A stretch of DNA of 64,000 nucleotides from Marsupella aquatica (lineage: Eukaryota > Plantae > Marchantiophyta): NCBI GenBank assembly GCA_973895155.1, contig OZ316892.1:8908283-8972282 (forward strand). The letters are read 5' to 3'. Of the stretch, positions 60,346-64,000 are shown in pieces. The notes under the pieces were generated by a model that did no database searches, had not been told where the DNA came from, and saw only the letters and a list, made by a program, of their open reading frames with translations. The stretch's first letter is position 1; the number at the start of each line of letters is the position of its first letter. The position numbers and the translations under genes were made by a program.

Positions 60346-62970
60346 ATGCCGTGTGATGGAGCAGTCAACTCCTGCTTCACTTGCGTCACTCATGAGCCAG
60401 ACGCACATTCCTGGCACCTGAGATCGAATTGTGCAATGCGACGGAAATATGATGAAGGAGTGAAGTACGAGGGAATTCTTGAATATCTGGAACCGAAGGT
60501 GATTTCCTCTCGTTTTCTGGTCTATTTTGGGGATTTTGGGGTTTGATTCCACTTGATGTTATTTGGCAACGCCGACGTTGATACAGATTGGGGTTTCTCA
60601 GTTTAGAGACGCTCAACACTTAGTGGCCCCCATGAACTGAAGAGATTTTGCAAGCAATTCCTTATAGACATGAAGAGTAGGGGAAGCCACAATGAATGCT
60701 TATACTTCGACGAAAGGAAGCTCGAGCAGCCACGGTTTCCTGTGGACTTCTGCTATGTAGCTCAATCCTCCCCCAAGACGCTACAATTCTGGTTGCCTTC
60801 GCAATGCGTGTTGTAGCATAATTGAGCGTACCTCTGAACCATTCTGTGGATGGTAGGGGAATGGAATGGCACTTTCGGATAAAGACTAAAGTGCGAATGT
60901 GATGCAGGCTGTCTTCTCATTTCTATATGGAGATGACCAAGTTTTCAAGAGAAATCACGAAGAGCAGAATGATGAGATTTATGCAATTGTGTCCGACTGG
61001 ACAACTGATGGTCGTCGTACCATCAATTTGATGTACTCACCTTCTTTAAAGCTATTAGAAAGGCTATCGGTGAGTGTGTGCATCTTCTTTTGTTTTACCA
61101 AAGGCAAGTTCATTGCTGTGGTCCTCTAGTGGGGTACCTTAGAAGCTCGTGTGTAGTGAATAAAGAGGTATCTCTACACGTGTGTAGTGAGTCTGTAAGA
61201 GGTATACGAGCTTCAAGAGAATGTGAAGAAAAAAAAGAAGAAATTGTTTGTACCTCTTAACTAGGTGAATCCTAAAAACCCAATTGTTTTGAATCTTTTG
61301 TGCTGGCAGGAACACGTGGATGACCCTGTTTCTTTCCACACCTTCTATTGTACAGGTGTGGATACTCTGTAGGTAACGGAATTACAAACATAATCGGCAG
61401 TTGGAGATACCCTTATCATCACATCTTGTGCCACTGTTGAAGATCCTTAAACCACCACTGTCCACCAGGTTTGGGGAGGACAAAATAGAGCACTTTTTTA
61501 CTATTTTGATCACATTTTTGGTTTATTTTAGTAACCTGGATCCACCAGGTTTTGCTTCGGGGACAGTGGTGCTTTAAGGCTTTAGTGCTACGGTGGAGAT
61601 AGTCTTGAGCCCAGCCGAGAAGGGAGAAAGGTGTACCATTTTTACAACAATTAGTTTAAAGTGCAAGGCAGCTACGTGGGGTGTTCAAGGTACACAGTCA
61701 CATCGATATATACGCAAGTTATGGACGGGAATTTGGTCATCCGCAATACTCTACCACTATTGGTCTGAAATGTTGAAACTGTGAAAGGGAGACCATGTCT
61801 TTCTCACGTACAGACCATTAGGTGGGGTTCAAACGGTGTCCCGGTTGTTAAACGACTTTCGCCCTTAGGAGTGAGCCTATGTTGGTAGGCGAGCAGGGAT
61901 TCGGATCTGCATAATATCTCTTGTTGCACCTCTCTCATAAGAACTTTGCCACCAAGCTCTGTGCCCATACATGTACTCTTTCTTTTGCTCCCTCCAACAC
62001 ATTCAGGAGAGCAAGTGTGGGATGAAGAGATTATATTTAGATCCGAATCACCTCCTAAATGTATAGTCTAACCAATTCGTATCTACTATACATTGCGCAT
62101 CGATAATAAAACGTCTATTGTTTACGGATTCGGGCTCACTTTATACACATTGTACAGATCATGTTTCGCCTTTATATACATTGTACAGACCACCGGGCAA
62201 CGTGTTACAAGCTGCTTGCGGCATATGCGGTGGTTACAAGGCAGTCACACATCTTGAATCAAGTCCCTCTATTTGATGGGTCAGCATTTACCGTATGACA
62301 TTATTTGCAAACTTTCACTGTGGTAATGTGAACTCTCCCCAGTGATGTAGCTGTGAACAAGAGCTGTTTTAGCCAGTCTGTGTTGAGAATGCTTGCCTAA
62401 TTTATATGAGCTGGCAGGACATAGAAAGATTCCCAGGATAGGATTGAAAGTATGACCGTTCCATCCATATAATATTGAGAACTTCATGGAACAGAAGGCT
62501 AAAAAGTATTTCCTGCGGTGGCTGAGGCTGGCTCGCCTTTACGTGATGGAGCAAGCAGTCCTGGCGACTGGCATCCCTTACACTGGACAAGAGGAATAAG
62601 AGCCGCCGGAAGGAAATTCATTGGGTGAAGAGTTCCTTGATTCCAGTGAACAGGACGAGAATTCATTAAATTTGACAGCTAAAACTTGGACGTCAGAAGT
62701 AATATACTGTACAGAGAGCGAGGCGGGTCTTCAGAACTGGATTCTGTCATGGGTCAATGGAATGGCGTGCATATCACAAGTAATGCATCAAGATCTCATA
62801 TAGATGAGTTAAATACGAGATCGCAAAAAATAGAGGACGACATTCTGGTGGTACAACAGCAACTGCAGGGTCGTTCCTTTTTGTCAGAGTGCCTGGTTTG
62901 GAGATTAGTGGCCACTTGTTTGGTATCAGGTGCTTTGTTTGGGACGTATGTACTGGATGTTAGCAGGTGA
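60346..62970 (+). pseudogene. Possible multi-exon orphan gene or pseudogene of unknown function
   Basis: Exon-like blocks at 60346-60498, 60908-61069, ~62007-62060, ~62189-62240, ~62417-62623 (two in-frame stops) and ~62678-62970 (coiled-coil-like stretch plus hydrophobic C-terminus). Phases are not fully reconciled. Confidence 0.35.
61445..61579. mobile_element. ~135-bp MITE with 19-bp inverted ends containing TTAA
   Basis: ccttaaaccaccactgtcc (61445-61463) versus ggacagtggtgctttaagg (61561-61579) is an 18/19 inverted match. ccaccaggttt occurs twice internally. Confidence 0.8.
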
Positions 62971-64000
62971 CGACGTGAAGGAATCTAATCCCCGCAGGAG
63001 GACCAGGAATATATAAAGTGATAGTACCGTGCCAGACAACAGGCACTAGACTTTGCGTGATCAACACTCCAGTACTTATTTTATGTCGTGGAAACTAGAG
63101 GTACTGGTGGTAGGCTCGTTTCACTTTCTGCCTTCTTGTCAGTGTTAGCAGGGAAGTTTTGGGAACGACGTTCCCTTCTGTATGCCCTGATTTTATTATA
63201 ATTCACTAAGGACTTTTACTGTTGTCCTTCCCATGTGTGACACTGACGGGTCTCCTCAAAAAGCTCTTGCGCAGTCCACTACCTTACTTTGGCAAACGAC
63301 ATCTGGACTCGACTTATACAATCTCAGTGGAGGATTTTGGAAGACTGGTGAAGGTTCGCAACTGGAAAGGTTCGCAAAGGAGACAGTGCTAACTTGCCTG
63401 AAAGGAAGAGAGCCAATTGTCTACATGCTATCTTCTCTTAAGACGGTGATTCTCTCGATGCATTTGGTGACCAGGCCGCCTCACTGCAACTCCAACCTCT
63501 CATTAGCTGTTTGTTGATATTCCCTTTGCTGTCATCAGGGTTGGGCTGAAGTCTCCGCATTCACATCTACAGCTACAAGCACTAACTAAGACCCTCCTCC
63601 CACAAGTGAGGGGATCCGAATGGAAAAAGCAAGAGCAAGTCGATTGCTTGGAGATATTTCTTTTGTAGATCTGTAAGATGCACCTGTTGATTGAGACTGG
63701 GACACAGGGCGACTGGTGCAACACTCTCGGCACGCTGCGAGAAGGTAAACGTAATTGGTACTGTACATTTGCACTCACGTGGCCCGTAACTCAGTTCTTG
63801 GCGGGAGGACACATTGCATCACCTCTAATAGTTGTGCTCAGACAGCATAAGTAATACACGCTCGTCAAAACACAACAACCAGATATGATGCAACATGAAT
63901 GACACCTTGTTGAAAATATCCTGCCAGCGTTCCTTACACCTAATCACCAAACACGAGTACGATATACACTTGCAATCGATTGAGTGATATCGACTATCAC

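Overview
Eukaryotic land-plant nuclear DNA with GT-AG introns. The gene set and long uORF-rich leaders suggest a seed-free plant such as a liverwort, but this is inference. Five intact genes are recognisable: a PMT/Methyltransf_29 putative pectin methyltransferase (+, 6812-12417), ATG18a (-, 13790-16290), an ASG2/WDTC1-like WD40-TPR DCAF ending in CTQS (-, 23690-31735), the plastid Clp adaptor ClpF (+, 43582-47124) and an intronless MHX Mg2+/H+ exchanger (-, 48150-49964). They alternate with repeat-rich blocks: a Tag1-like hAT element with a disabled transposase, a CACTA-like end, a clean 331-bp solo LTR, a probable 1.5-kb solo LTR, MITEs, a tRNA-like remnant and many local tandem duplications. 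The most unusual feature is an ~8-kb multi-exon gene of no family I recognise (-, ~33270-41090). Over eight consecutive exons its splice sites and phases are intact, yet it carries many stop codons, all explicable by C->T transitions, and no frameshifts. Similarly decayed orphan reading frames lie at ~19.4-20.3 kb, ~53.7-58.4 kb and ~60.3-63 kb. All translations and alignments were done by eye; no database searches were run.
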